Virus record (IMG/VR): IMGVR_UViG_2700988923_000001
Location: 5,865-69,864 of that record
Origin: a virus
Lineage: Duplodnaviria; Caudoviricetes
Direction: 5' to 3' (one strand)
Length of the DNA stretch: 64,000 nt
The notes beneath the pieces are model-generated. The model was not told the DNA's origin, did not search any database, and worked only from the letters and a program-made list of their open reading frames with translations. This document shows positions 48,607-57,665 of this stretch, one piece after another. The translations under genes were made by a program, and so were the position numbers. Position 1 is the first letter of the stretch, and every line of letters starts with the position of its first letter.

Positions 48607-49244
48607 AGGCCGTCCCTCCGGTACCGGGCCTCATCCTCGCCGTCGGCGATGATCGAGGTCGGCTCGCCGTCGGCGGCACGGTCCCGATCGAGCCACAACG
48701 CATAGGCCTCGTGTGCCTGCTCCGTGGAGATCACCCCGTTGTTGACAATCTCGGACAGGGTGTCCCGGTCGAGCCATGCCTGAAAGTCCTCAGCCACCTG
48801 CAGCACCGGCCCGAGCACCGGACCCTCGCCGTTGCGCGGGAGGACGTAGAGCGTGTCACCACGAAACAGCTCGACCGCAGCCTTGAGCGCCGTCTCGCGG
48901 GACCAGGTGCCGCCGGAGGCGAGCGTGAAGGCCTGCGGCGGCAGCGGCTCATCGTTGACGGGCACCTCGCCCCAGCGGATCACGGTCGCCGGGAACGTCA
49001 CCCCGGCATCCTCGACCGACATCGGATCCCAACCGCCGGGACTGATCCACGTCACGCGGGTCTCGGCGAAGTTGATCGGGCGACCGTCGGCGGGCGACCA
49101 CGCGCACGGGCGCTGCTCGATCTCCTGCCGGACGAACGCGACGGCCTCGCTGGTGTGGTCGCCGGGGATGCGCAGCCAGGAGATGACGGTGCCGTCGGGC
49201 ACGGTCTCAAGCTCGGCGGCGGAGGCGACGAACGCCGCGCTCAC
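48603..49244 (-). CDS. Hypothetical protein
   Basis: GTGA-coupled at both ends. Confidence 0.6.
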   Translation of the reverse strand: MSAAFVASAAELETVPDGTVISWLRIPGDHTSEAVAFVRQEIEQRPCAWSPADGRPINFAETRVTWISPGGWDPMSVEDAGVTFPATVIRWGEVPVNDEPLPPQAFTLASGGTWSRETALKAAVELFRGDTLYVLPRNGEGPVLGPVLQVAEDFQAWLDRDTLSEIVNNGVISTEQAHEAYALWLDRDRAADGEPTSIIADGEDEARYRRDGL

Positions 49245-49672
49245 AGCTGTGCGCCCGAGGTCGCGACGGCCACGGCGGTCTCGTAGGCGGCGATGGCCTC
49301 GGCGACCCCGGCGGGCAGCTTGTCGCGATCGAACACGTACCCGGCCTCGCGGGTCCAGCGCCGGTCCCAAGTGCGCTTGCGGTTGACCTTCTCGGAGACC
49401 CCGCCGTTGCGTCGGCGGAGGCTGCCCGAGATGAACACCTTGTCGAGCGTGCCACCGGTCCAGTTGACCTGCAGGAACTCGGGCCGGAAATGCTCGCCGT
49501 TGCGGGTGTACTCGCTCATGACGTCGGGCACGGTCTCGGGCCGGATGCCGAAGTAGGCCGTGTGGATGACGATGGTCTCGTCGTCCTGCTTGGCGCGGCG
49601 GGTCACGCGGGTGTCCGTGACCGAGCGCAGCCAGTCGATGTCGCGGGTTCCGGTGATCGGGTCGAGGGGCAT
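49241..49672 (-). CDS. Hypothetical protein
   Basis: CAACCACGAAGGAG RBS. Confidence 0.7.
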   Translation of the reverse strand: MPLDPITGTRDIDWLRSVTDTRVTRRAKQDDETIVIHTAYFGIRPETVPDVMSEYTRNGEHFRPEFLQVNWTGGTLDKVFISGSLRRRNGGVSEKVNRKRTWDRRWTREAGYVFDRDKLPAGVAEAIAAYETAVAVATSGAQL

Positions 49673-49705
49673 GGCGGGGTTCTCCTTCGTGGTTGTAGGT
49701 CGAGG

Positions 49706-50002
49706 CTAAACGTGCTCGTCGTAGAGCGCGAGGGTCGCCACGTCGTTGTAGGCCTCGGTGGGCCGGAGCGTGACCGGCTGATCGTGGTCCAAGGTGATCT
49801 CGGTCGCCGCGCCGAGGCCGACGTTGACGTGCACCTCGTTGCCGTTGCAGCTGAACTGCCGCAGCTCGGCGGTGATGACGGTCGCGATCTCGGTGTTGTT
49901 GTCCCAGATGCGGACGCGGATGGTCTGGCCGATGTCCTTGGGCCGGAGGTCGGAGGCGACGATGAAGGTGTTGCGCTGGAAGATGCTGCCTGCCTCGTTC
50001 AT
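49706..50002 (-). CDS. Hypothetical protein
   Basis: 98 aa, ATGA-coupled. Confidence 0.65.
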   Translation of the reverse strand: MNEAGSIFQRNTFIVASDLRPKDIGQTIRVRIWDNNTEIATVITAELRQFSCNGNEVHVNVGLGAATEITLDHDQPVTLRPTEAYNDVATLALYDEHV

Positions 50003-50253
50003 CGCGGGATGTCCCCGAGATGCACAGCGGGGTCGCCGTCGGCGAACGACGCGATCAGCTTGGTCGCTCCGCCGTGACCGTTGGAGCCGGTCGTGCGCCA
50101 GACCCGCACGACGTCGCGCCCATCCTCATGCCGGATCGTGACCTTGCAGCCGACGTTCCAGCCTTGGGCGGAAGCGTCGAGGCCGGAGTTCTTGGAACCC
50201 AGCCGCGAGGCCTCGCCGCGCTGACCCTGCACGGTGCCGTAGAAGTGCGCCAT
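49999..50253 (-). CDS. Hypothetical protein
   Basis: MAHFYGTVQGQRGEASRLGSK; TGATG-coupled. Confidence 0.65.
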   Translation of the reverse strand: MAHFYGTVQGQRGEASRLGSKNSGLDASAQGWNVGCKVTIRHEDGRDVVRVWRTTGSNGHGGATKLIASFADGDPAVHLGDIPR

Positions 50254-50474
50254 CAGTGATCGCCTCCGGCCTCGTGCTGGCTCCATCCCTCACCGGGCCG
50301 GACGCCGGTAATCGACAACCCGCCGATCACCTCGCCGTCCAGTTCCAACATCAGGTGCAGCGGCGGCACGGCCTCGCGCTGGGCCTGTTCGCGACCTTGA
50401 GCGCGACCGATCGCCCGGCCCAGCAGGTAGACGCCGATCATCACGGCCATCGTCACCAGGAACTCGACGCTCAT
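50253..50474 (-). CDS. Small membrane protein
   Basis: N-terminal TM segment; coupled. Confidence 0.6.
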   Translation of the reverse strand: MSVEFLVTMAVMIGVYLLGRAIGRAQGREQAQREAVPPLHLMLELDGEVIGGLSITGVRPGEGWSQHEAGGDH

Positions 50475-50812
50475 CGGGTCACCCGCAGCCCGGCGTACAC
50501 GTCGCCCTCGCCGGTCTCGGGGTCGACCACGACGTGGCACGGCCAGATGCCGACCAGCTTGCCGTGCTCATCCCAGCAGCCGGGGGTTGCCGTCTCGGGA
50601 CCGCAGACGCGGTTGCCCATCGTCCGGCAGTCCCACGCCGGGTCATCCTCGGAGATCGTGGTCTGCACGGTCGAGGTCGGGGTGGCCTCGGGGTGCGTCA
50701 CCTGGTGGTCGCGCGGCTCCGCGATAGCGAGGCCGGTGGGCAGTCCGGCGGCGAGGCCGACGAACACGCCTGCCGCGAACAGCACCGCGCGCTCGGCGTT
50801 GGAAGGTTTCAT
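50471..50812 (-). CDS. Membrane/secreted protein
   Basis: TM segment plus EDDPAWDCRTMGNRVCG motif. Confidence 0.7.
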   Translation of the reverse strand: MKPSNAERAVLFAAGVFVGLAAGLPTGLAIAEPRDHQVTHPEATPTSTVQTTISEDDPAWDCRTMGNRVCGPETATPGCWDEHGKLVGIWPCHVVVDPETGEGDVYAGLRVTR

Positions 50813-50837
50813 CAGGTCAGAGCCTTTCAGGTCTCGT

Positions 50838-50893
50838 GCGGGCCGGTCCCGCCTCGGGATAGTTTTATACCCGATAGACCGCCTGGCCGTCTA
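50838..50893 (-). promoter_or_regulatory. Repeated promoter/stem-loop cassette, copy 4 (degenerate)
   Basis: TAGACG-N18-TATAAA; GCGGGACCGGCCCGC hairpin. Confidence 0.55.
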
Positions 50894-51274
50894 GCCCGAG
50901 TTTCCCGACCCATGACGGTATTGTCCGGTACGGTGCCACCGCTGACCACGTTGGGCCTGGTAGAGCGTCACGATAGCGCGGCTCAGATCGGGCGGCAGCA
51001 AACTCAGCAACCGGCCTATCTCCGAGGCCGGATTCCACGCGCCCAGCTGAGCATCGGTCGCGGCCTCGCCGGTCTCGCGGACGGACAGTTCCTCGATCAG
51101 CGCGCAGAACGGGCCAAAGTGGTTGGCGCTCTGCGGTCGGGCGCAGGCGTACCCGAGCGCGAACGCGAGCGCGGCGGTCGGGGTCTGCGATAGCGGGGTC
51201 GCCGGGCCGGACGGCGCGCCGAAGTCGGGCCGGACGGGAACGGGGCGGCGGTCGGGATTGTGGTCGTGGGTCAT
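50891..51274 (-). CDS. Hypothetical protein
   Basis: 127 aa ORF on the local coding strand. Confidence 0.45.
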   Translation of the reverse strand: MTHDHNPDRRPVPVRPDFGAPSGPATPLSQTPTAALAFALGYACARPQSANHFGPFCALIEELSVRETGEAATDAQLGAWNPASEIGRLLSLLPPDLSRAIVTLYQAQRGQRWHRTGQYRHGSGNSG

Positions 51275-51329
51275 GTCTGGACTGTACCCCGTCAGCGTCG
51301 GGTGACTGCCTCATGCGCGCGTGCGCGCG

Positions 51330-51359
51330 ATTCTAGTGGTTCGCACCCCCGACAGTCTA
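51330..51359 (-). promoter_or_regulatory. SigA-like leftward promoter in AT-rich intergenic region
   Basis: TAGACT-N18-TAGAAT. Confidence 0.5.
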
Positions 51360-51635
51360 TTAAGAATTATTCTTAGACTTGCCTCCCTCGACTAGATTTT
51401 GAAGGTCGACTAGGCTCAGCCGAAGCGGTCGCTCGGGAGCCAGTCGGTCCCTCCCATATCCACTCTCGGAACACCACCGATTGAGTATGCGAAAGCCACC
51501 CACTGGGAGCCTCGACCGAGGCGAGATCAAGGACTTCGGGCGCGCGTTGCCGCTCCGCGCCCGGTCGCGGGATGATGCCGGGGTCGGGAGATAAGGGGAT
51601 AGCGGACTATCCCGACGTCAGCTAGAGTCGAGGAC

Positions 51636-52373
51636 ATGACCACGAAACGACAGGCACCCCCGGTGCTCGACCTGACGCTGACCGAGTTGTGCCAGCAGAT
51701 TGATGCCCACCTCGGTCGCGAGACCGGGGTTGAAGCTGCGGTCACGGCGTACCGCCGGTTCTCCGATGAGGCCTCGGCTCTGGACAACAAGGGCAAGTAC
51801 ATGACGGCACTGGTCGAGGGAATCAGCGCGCACCTCGACGCCGCCAAGACTCCGCCGATGATCGGGCGTGCGCGTATCGAGCGCATCCCCGCCAAGACCT
51901 ACAAGACGCACCGGCTGACCAGCGAGTCCGTGAAGAAAACCGACTACGGGCTGTGGGTCGCGAGCGCGGTGGAGGAGGTGCGCCTGGCCGTCAAGACGGA
52001 CATCGAGCTGGTCGCGCCCCCGGTGGGCACGCGCTTCTTCTCGACCCAGGCCGCGTGGCGAGCATGGGAGGCGGCGAAGGAGCGGCGGCGGTTCTGCGAG
52101 CAGCGGCGGGATGCGGCGAGGGACACGTTGCGCGCGGTGTTCGCCGAGGCGGCGGAGACGTGGGGCGGCGAGGCGCTGCTGACGTCGGACGGCTGGCGTC
52201 TCGGGTGGAGCAGCGGGCAGCGGTTCAGTGCGTCGAGGTGCGCCGAGATCGCGGCGCAGCGGGGCATCGACCTCGACCCGATGAAGGTTGTCAGCACATC
52301 CACGCGGTCGGCGACGTTCAAGCTCATCGAGCCGGACGAGTTCGATGAGGTGGACGAGATCGACGGCGACTAG
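51636..52373 (+). CDS. Hypothetical protein
   Basis: 245 aa; first gene of rightward block. Confidence 0.7.
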   Translation: MTTKRQAPPVLDLTLTELCQQIDAHLGRETGVEAAVTAYRRFSDEASALDNKGKYMTALVEGISAHLDAAKTPPMIGRARIERIPAKTYKTHRLTSESVKKTDYGLWVASAVEEVRLAVKTDIELVAPPVGTRFFSTQAAWRAWEAAKERRRFCEQRRDAARDTLRAVFAEAAETWGGEALLTSDGWRLGWSSGQRFSASRCAEIAAQRGIDLDPMKVVSTSTRSATFKLIEPDEFDEVDEIDGD

Positions 52374-52429
52374 CGAAGTATCACACCTTTTGGTTGCGGC
52401 CAGACCCAGGACGGTATAACTTGCTTTCC

Positions 52430-52678
52430 ATGACCACGAGAACCCCAGCGCGGCGTCCCGAGGCCTCGCGGCACCCGGCCCAGGGCACCCAGCTGATGCC
52501 CATCAAAGGCAGCCTTGAGCTGCGCAAACGTCTCAAGATCGCGGCGGCGGAGGATGGCCTGACGTACGCCGAGATGATCTGGGCGCTGCTCGACATCCGC
52601 GACGACCGGCGCGCCCGGCAGCGGCGTATGCAGCGGTCGCCGCTGCACCGCGTCCCTGAGCCGGTGATCGAGCTGTGA
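52430..52678 (+). CDS. Ribbon-helix-helix-like DNA-binding protein
   Basis: ELRKRLKIAAAEDGLTYAEMIWALL; TTGCGG-N17-TAACTT-N7-ATG upstream. Confidence 0.65.
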   Translation: MTTRTPARRPEASRHPAQGTQLMPIKGSLELRKRLKIAAAEDGLTYAEMIWALLDIRDDRRARQRRMQRSPLHRVPEPVIEL

Positions 52679-52832
52679 GCGGCGTTCCGCTCGGCGGATG
52701 CACGTGCGGCGGTGTCCGGTCGTCCTGCCCGGTGCACGGTCGCCCGCGAGGCGAGAAGCTAGAACGCAAGCCGGACGGTCGCGAGCCGATCGGCCTGACT
52801 GGCGAGGTTCGCCCGCCGGAGGATGACGAACC

Positions 52833-53051
52833 ATGATCGCCCTCGGCACCCAGGTGCCCGAGCTGACCGAGGAGCACGCCGACGGCACGATCTGGGCAGA
52901 CGTCGAGGGCGACATCTGGTCCCCGTGCCCGTTCGGGTGGGTCGTGACCCGGCGCGTGCCGTTCCAGATCGTGTCCGACCTCGCCCACCCCGGTCCCGTC
53001 TACGGGCCGTACACGGCGGTGCTCGCTCCGCCCGTCCCGACCGAACTATGA
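52833..53051 (+). CDS. Hypothetical protein
   Basis: GGAGG RBS; WADVEGDIW..YGPYT. Confidence 0.65.
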   Translation: MIALGTQVPELTEEHADGTIWADVEGDIWSPCPFGWVVTRRVPFQIVSDLAHPGPVYGPYTAVLAPPVPTEL

Positions 53052-53071
53052 GCGCCCGAGGAGGCAGCGCG

Positions 53072-53257
53072 ATGACGCTGGATACCTTCGACCTGCGCCG
53101 CCTCGGGATCACTCGTGCGCGTGTCGACCGGGCCACCGCTTGCCACTACCGCGACAGCGGCAGGATCATCGTGGTAGCCGACAAGGGCGACTTCGAGGCG
53201 GCAGCGATGGCGCTGGCGGAGCTGGCCTGCAAGATGAGACCCGAGGAGACCCCGTGA
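53072..53257 (+). CDS. Hypothetical protein
   Basis: GAGGAGG RBS. Confidence 0.55.
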   Translation: MTLDTFDLRRLGITRARVDRATACHYRDSGRIIVVADKGDFEAAAMALAELACKMRPEETP

Positions 53258-53901
53258 CGGTCAGCGACGACGACATCGCCAACCTGCTCAACGAGGAACT
53301 GTTTGCGCGCCGGGCCAAGGCGCTGTTCCTCTCCAACGCCGGGGCGACCATCGCCAAGATCGCCGAGGAATGCGGCGTGTCGACCTCGACCGTGCGCAAA
53401 GACTTGGACATCGCCAAGCGCCAGTACCTCGCCGACACCCCTGACCAGCGCCGGGCCGTGCAAATGTCGATCATCCACGACATGCGCAAGGCGAACTACC
53501 CGGCGATGATGCGCGGTGACACCGACGCCGCCAACGTCATCCTCCGAGGTCTCAAGCAGGAGGCCTCGCTGTTCGGGTTGTTCCCGAAGGTGCTGGAAGT
53601 GCCGGGTATCGACTCGGTGAGCGCGGCGAACGAGGCCGCTGCGCTGATTGAACGCATCGCACAAATCGACCCCCAAGGACTCAGGGAGATCACCCGTGGA
53701 CAAACACCGCTCGATGTCGACACCGTGGAAGATAGTCACGAATCTCCCACGGGCGCAACACCTTACGATGCTGCGCAACCTGCTGGGTATGTCGGGGAGA
53801 CCGACGAACCAGCCGAGGCCGGAGACCCCGGTGAGCTACTTGGACCGGCTGGCGACGCCGGACCCGACGACGACGACGACTGGTCCAACATCGGCGGCTG
53901 A
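53254..53901 (+). CDS. HTH DNA-binding protein (terminase small subunit-like)
   Basis: ATIAKIAEECGVSTSTVRKDL; ANVILRGLKQEASLFGL; acidic tail. Confidence 0.65.
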   Translation: MTVSDDDIANLLNEELFARRAKALFLSNAGATIAKIAEECGVSTSTVRKDLDIAKRQYLADTPDQRRAVQMSIIHDMRKANYPAMMRGDTDAANVILRGLKQEASLFGLFPKVLEVPGIDSVSAANEAAALIERIAQIDPQGLREITRGQTPLDVDTVEDSHESPTGATPYDAAQPAGYVGETDEPAEAGDPGELLGPAGDAGPDDDDDWSNIGG

Positions 53902-54493
53902 CCTGCGACGACGCCGGGATGAGGCGATTGACGCGCTGACCGAGGAGGCGAAGGCCTACGGCCTCGACCCTGACAACCAGCTCGGGTTCTCCCACAGCTC
54001 CGAGCTGGTCGAGCGGCACAGGATCACCCTGCCCGTCGGGGCGACCGGCGATAACGTCGCCGTCGCCCGGCTCCACGCGGAGGCCTATGCGCGGGCACGC
54101 GGTTTCGAGCTGAGCGCCGGGTCGCTCGGCGTGATCAGCCGCCTCGGCAAGGTCGGCGACGAGTATCTGGGCGTGGCGTTCGACGTCGTGGTCGGCAAGG
54201 GCGACATCGCGATGGACCAGCGCGTGCCCGGCGTGCTCGACCGGTGGACGTGGAGCGGAGGTGCGCTGCAGTGGTGGCGGAAGGTGCTGGGCAACGGCGA
54301 CGGTCGTCAGGGTAGAGTCCTGGCCCGGCTCGATGATCTGGACCGGGGTCGGCGGGTCGTGCCCGGCCCGTGGCGCGGAGCCGACGCGCTCAACGGCCTC
54401 GGCCTCGATCAGGCCTCCCAGACCGGCCATCCGACCGTCGCCGACGACCGGAGACCGCCGTGGATGAAGCACGACGACAGCGAGGGCGAGTGA
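53831..54493 (+). CDS. Hypothetical protein
   Basis: GGAGA RBS; start uncertain because it overlaps the upstream gene. Confidence 0.55.
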   Translation: MSYLDRLATPDPTTTTTGPTSAADLRRRRDEAIDALTEEAKAYGLDPDNQLGFSHSSELVERHRITLPVGATGDNVAVARLHAEAYARARGFELSAGSLGVISRLGKVGDEYLGVAFDVVVGKGDIAMDQRVPGVLDRWTWSGGALQWWRKVLGNGDGRQGRVLARLDDLDRGRRVVPGPWRGADALNGLGLDQASQTGHPTVADDRRPPWMKHDDSEGE

Positions 54494-54873
54494 TGGAGCT
54501 GCGCGAACAGATCGCGGCCATGTGCGAGTCGGACAGCGTGAAGCTCCGCGACATCGGCGTCATCGCTGCCGCGCTCGACGCGATAGACGACCGGCGCGGA
54601 GCCGGTGAGGTCATCGACTACATCGCCGCAGCCAAGCTGGTGATCAAGTCCCAGACCGAGGCCGGGCTGGCGACGTTCCGGCTGATGGACCTGCAGGCCT
54701 TCATCGCCGAGATCAAGCAGCGCGTCGACCCCTCGACCCAGGCTCTGATGGACGCGGTGAGCGAGGCCGTGCCCGCGCGCCCCGTCTGGGAGGGCGGCAC
54801 CGAGGGCACCCATACCGAGGCCTGCGACGGCGAGCCGCATCCCGACCGGCGGTGCCCCGTCGACTACCCCTGA
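54493..54873 (+). CDS. Hypothetical protein
   Basis: TGATG-coupled. Confidence 0.65.
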   Translation: MELREQIAAMCESDSVKLRDIGVIAAALDAIDDRRGAGEVIDYIAAAKLVIKSQTEAGLATFRLMDLQAFIAEIKQRVDPSTQALMDAVSEAVPARPVWEGGTEGTHTEACDGEPHPDRRCPVDYP

Positions 54874-55055
54874 TGGGCAAGGTCAAGAACCCTCGCCGAG
54901 CGCGGGAAGCGGTGAACTGGCGGGTGTATGCCGCCGGTCCGACCAAGGCGCTCGCCGTCGAGCCGGGCGGCGACCACGAATGGGTGTTCGAGGGGTCGAG
55001 CCGGACGCTGGACGACGCGATCGAGTTCGCTGCCGCCCGGCTGCGCGGTGATTGA
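54873..55055 (+). CDS. Hypothetical protein
   Basis: TGATG-coupled, 60 aa. Confidence 0.55.
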   Translation: MGKVKNPRRAREAVNWRVYAAGPTKALAVEPGGDHEWVFEGSSRTLDDAIEFAAARLRGD

Positions 55056-55070
55056 GTTACCATCTGCGCT

Positions 55071-55580
55071 GTGAGCGGATGGCGACCAGATGAGATGCTG
55101 GTACCGGCGTTGCTGGCCGGGTCGCCGACGACGATGGATGACCTCGACGGATGCGACCGCGTGTGGGCCGTCGTCGTGATGACCGACGATGAGGACATGA
55201 CCGCCGAGGCCATCGCCGAGCGTCTGGGGTGCTCGCTCCGGCTGGTACGCACGATCCTGGCCGACCCGGCGACGGTGCTGATGCGGATGTACCGATCGGA
55301 AGCCGAGACGTTCGAGCGCGAGCTGGGCATGGTCTCCGGCGAGGTCGCCCGGCTCAACGCGGCGCTGACGACGGTGACCGGCGAGCGGGACCGGATGCAG
55401 GTCCAGCGCGACCGCCTGCTCCAAGTCAGCCTCGCCGAGCGCGCCGGGGAGACCCACAGCTGCGGCTGCCCCGTCTCCCGCTACAACACCTACGTCTCCC
55501 CCAGTGGGAAGATGGGCTGCCGCGAGCATCGCCGCCAGGCCGTCGCCCGGCATCGTGCACGTTCCAAGCTCAGCGCGTAG
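55071..55580 (+). CDS. HTH/coiled-coil protein with C-terminal Cys motif
   Basis: TAEAIAERLGCSLRLV; CGC..NTY..CREH. Confidence 0.65.
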   Translation: MSGWRPDEMLVPALLAGSPTTMDDLDGCDRVWAVVVMTDDEDMTAEAIAERLGCSLRLVRTILADPATVLMRMYRSEAETFERELGMVSGEVARLNAALTTVTGERDRMQVQRDRLLQVSLAERAGETHSCGCPVSRYNTYVSPSGKMGCREHRRQAVARHRARSKLSA

Positions 55581-55590
55581 CCTCGACCGC

Positions 55591-55905
55591 ATGGGCAAGC
55601 GGGGTACTCGCTCCGGCCTCCGGCGAGGCCGGGCACGGGTCGCCCGACCGGGACACGGCGGGCCGTCCCTTCACAGCGCGACGGGCAACGTCGGCGCATT
55701 CTCGGCCCGCTCCGGCGGGCGCGGCGGAGGTCGCGGCTACCGAGGGTTCAAGTCCAAGAAACAGTGGCGCTGGGCCTACGCGACCAGGCAGCCGTGGGCG
55801 CGAAAGAAGGCTCACGAGACCAAGGGCGGGCCGATCACCCGCTATCGCCGTCTGCCCGCCTCCAAGCACTCCGGCCACAAGGGGTCTCGCGCCCCGAAGG
55901 CTTAG
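55591..55905 (+). CDS. Highly basic Arg/Gly-rich protein
   Basis: RGG-rich; FKSKKQWRW motif. Confidence 0.6.
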   Translation: MGKRGTRSGLRRGRARVARPGHGGPSLHSATGNVGAFSARSGGRGGGRGYRGFKSKKQWRWAYATRQPWARKKAHETKGGPITRYRRLPASKHSGHKGSRAPKA

Positions 55906-56309
55906 CGCCACCCCGGCGCGATCTCGGCGAGCGCGGCGACTCCGAGCGTGCAGCCGTCGGCGTGGTCGGCAAGGTAGTGGGTGGAGCACTCGCGGCACAG
56001 GTCATCGTCGCCGTATGGGGATTTCGCGCGGATTAACTCGTTCGTCCGGCGAGCGCCCTGACGGCAGCTGCACGTCGCACAATGGGGCCGGATGTTGTCG
56101 CGGGTGTAGCGCCCGCCGAACTCGCCCGCGATGATCCTGTCCACGATCATCGTCTTGTCCGAGACCATCGCCCCGCACTCCCAGCACGCGACCTTCTCGC
56201 CGTCGCCGCCGAAGCCGGAGGCCGGACTCAGCAGCCACGCTCGGCGCGCCCGCCGATCGTATGAGCTGCCGCGTTCGTTGGAGTTGCAGCGTCCCGCCCG
56301 GCTGCTCAT
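55902..56309 (-). CDS. HNH endonuclease-like protein
   Basis: CWECG..DRII..GG.Y..NIRPHCATC. Confidence 0.7.
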   Translation of the reverse strand: MSSRAGRCNSNERGSSYDRRARRAWLLSPASGFGGDGEKVACWECGAMVSDKTMIVDRIIAGEFGGRYTRDNIRPHCATCSCRQGARRTNELIRAKSPYGDDDLCRECSTHYLADHADGCTLGVAALAEIAPGWR

Positions 56310-56410
56310 CGGGCCGGTCGTCCGCACCGTGCGCAGACCTCGACCGCGCGCCCGGCCCGAACGATCGTCATCGTCGTCAGGTGTCGGCACGGGGCGTGCG
56401 GCGCGCTCAC
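56306..56410 (-). CDS. Tiny Cys-containing protein (34 aa)
   Basis: Coupled at both ends (GTGA/ATGA); CRH..CARC. Confidence 0.45.
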   Translation of the reverse strand: MSAPHAPCRHLTTMTIVRAGRAVEVCARCGRPAR

Positions 56411-56631
56411 CGGATTGCCTCGCCGTCCCAGCAGGCGTCATGCAGCAGCTCGGGCCGGATCATGCCGAACGCCAGCCACCACAGGCACGGCTGAATATCG
56501 ACCAGCTTGACGTCGAGGTGATGGGTGTATCGGCCCGTCGTCTTGATCACCCGGTCGTCGCCGGGCAGCACTTCCACCTCGCCGTTGAGCATCCGCTCGC
56601 GCATCGCCCCGGTCGGCTCGAACCCCTTCAT
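56407..56631 (-). CDS. Hypothetical protein
   Basis: 74 aa, coupled. Confidence 0.55.
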   Translation of the reverse strand: MKGFEPTGAMRERMLNGEVEVLPGDDRVIKTTGRYTHHLDVKLVDIQPCLWWLAFGMIRPELLHDACWDGEAIR

Positions 56632-56840
56632 AGACCGAACTCCTCTTCGTACATCGGCAAGAACTCGCTCGCCGGTCTCGGTCGCCCGGCCTCGACCGCA
56701 GCGTCAAACATCACCAGCAGGTGTTCGAGGTAGTGGACGTGCGGCGACCGCTCGAACCCGGCGTCCGGCGCTTCCACGATGCGGTGCACGATCTTGCGGC
56801 GCTGTTTGGCGACGTCCATGTCCGGCTGAACATTGATCAC
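56628..56840 (-). CDS. Hypothetical protein
   Basis: GAGGAGG RBS, coupled. Confidence 0.65.
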   Translation of the reverse strand: MINVQPDMDVAKQRRKIVHRIVEAPDAGFERSPHVHYLEHLLVMFDAAVEAGRPRPASEFLPMYEEEFGL

Positions 56841-57094
56841 CACGCCTCCTCGCACGCCAGCTCGGGTCGATGCACCAGGTAGCACCGATTACACAACACC
56901 TCGCGCTTCCCCACCTCGAACTCGCTCAGGTCGAGCGCGTCGGCGGTGCCCGGTCCGCGCCCGTCGGGCCAGTCCTCGACCGGCTCCGGCGTCGGGCCGC
57001 AGTCGATGCCCGGCAGGCACGAGGGGCACCCGGTCACTGTGGAGTGAGCGCGGTGTCCGCACTTGCGGCACGGCACGCGGTAATCGAACGTCAC
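56837..57094 (-). CDS. Cys-rich hypothetical protein
   Basis: Three CxxC motifs; GTGA-coupled. Confidence 0.6.
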   Translation of the reverse strand: MTFDYRVPCRKCGHRAHSTVTGCPSCLPGIDCGPTPEPVEDWPDGRGPGTADALDLSEFEVGKREVLCNRCYLVHRPELACEEAW

Positions 57095-57300
57095 GGCGCG
57101 TCGCCGTTCGGGACGACGACCGGCCCGTGCGTCGGGCAGCGCAGCCGACCCATCTGGTCGCAGTTCATGCACTTCCCAGCGACGGCAGCGTTGTGCGCCT
57201 CGACCGCCGAGGCCAGCCGCTCGATCGCGGAGATGGCCCGCTCGGCGGTCTCCTGCCACGACGCCGGGTTGCCTCCGGCGAGCATGTCCAGAAACGACAT
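57091..57300 (-). CDS. Hypothetical protein
   Basis: MSFLDML..; CMNC..CPTH. Confidence 0.6.
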   Translation of the reverse strand: MSFLDMLAGGNPASWQETAERAISAIERLASAVEAHNAAVAGKCMNCDQMGRLRCPTHGPVVVPNGDAP

Positions 57301-57665
57301 CAGATGACCTCCGACCCGTTGTGATCCTCGACCTTGGCGACGGTGACCCAGCCGCCCTTGGGAGCCTTCGGCCCGCCGGTACGGGTCGCGACGACGACGT
57401 GGTTGTGCCCGAGGCGGAACACGCCGCCTTTCCACGCAGGCTCCACCAGCAGGAACTCCGGTCGCGCGCCCCGGCTGAGGGCGACCTTGCCGACGCGCTC
57501 GGTGCGGGTCGCCCCGTCGAGCACGCGGACGTCGACCGCTGCCTTGTAGGCGGCAGCGATCGAGGGGTGCGTGTCCTCGATCAGGCTCAGGTCGAGCGCG
57601 TCGCCGTGCTGAGTGCGCAGCCGTGCCGCGATCTCGACCACGATCGGGTTCGGTGTGTCGGTCAT
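57300..57665 (-). CDS. Hypothetical protein
   Basis: 121 aa, coupled. Confidence 0.6.
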   Translation of the reverse strand: MTDTPNPIVVEIAARLRTQHGDALDLSLIEDTHPSIAAAYKAAVDVRVLDGATRTERVGKVALSRGARPEFLLVEPAWKGGVFRLGHNHVVVATRTGGPKAPKGGWVTVAKVEDHNGSEVI

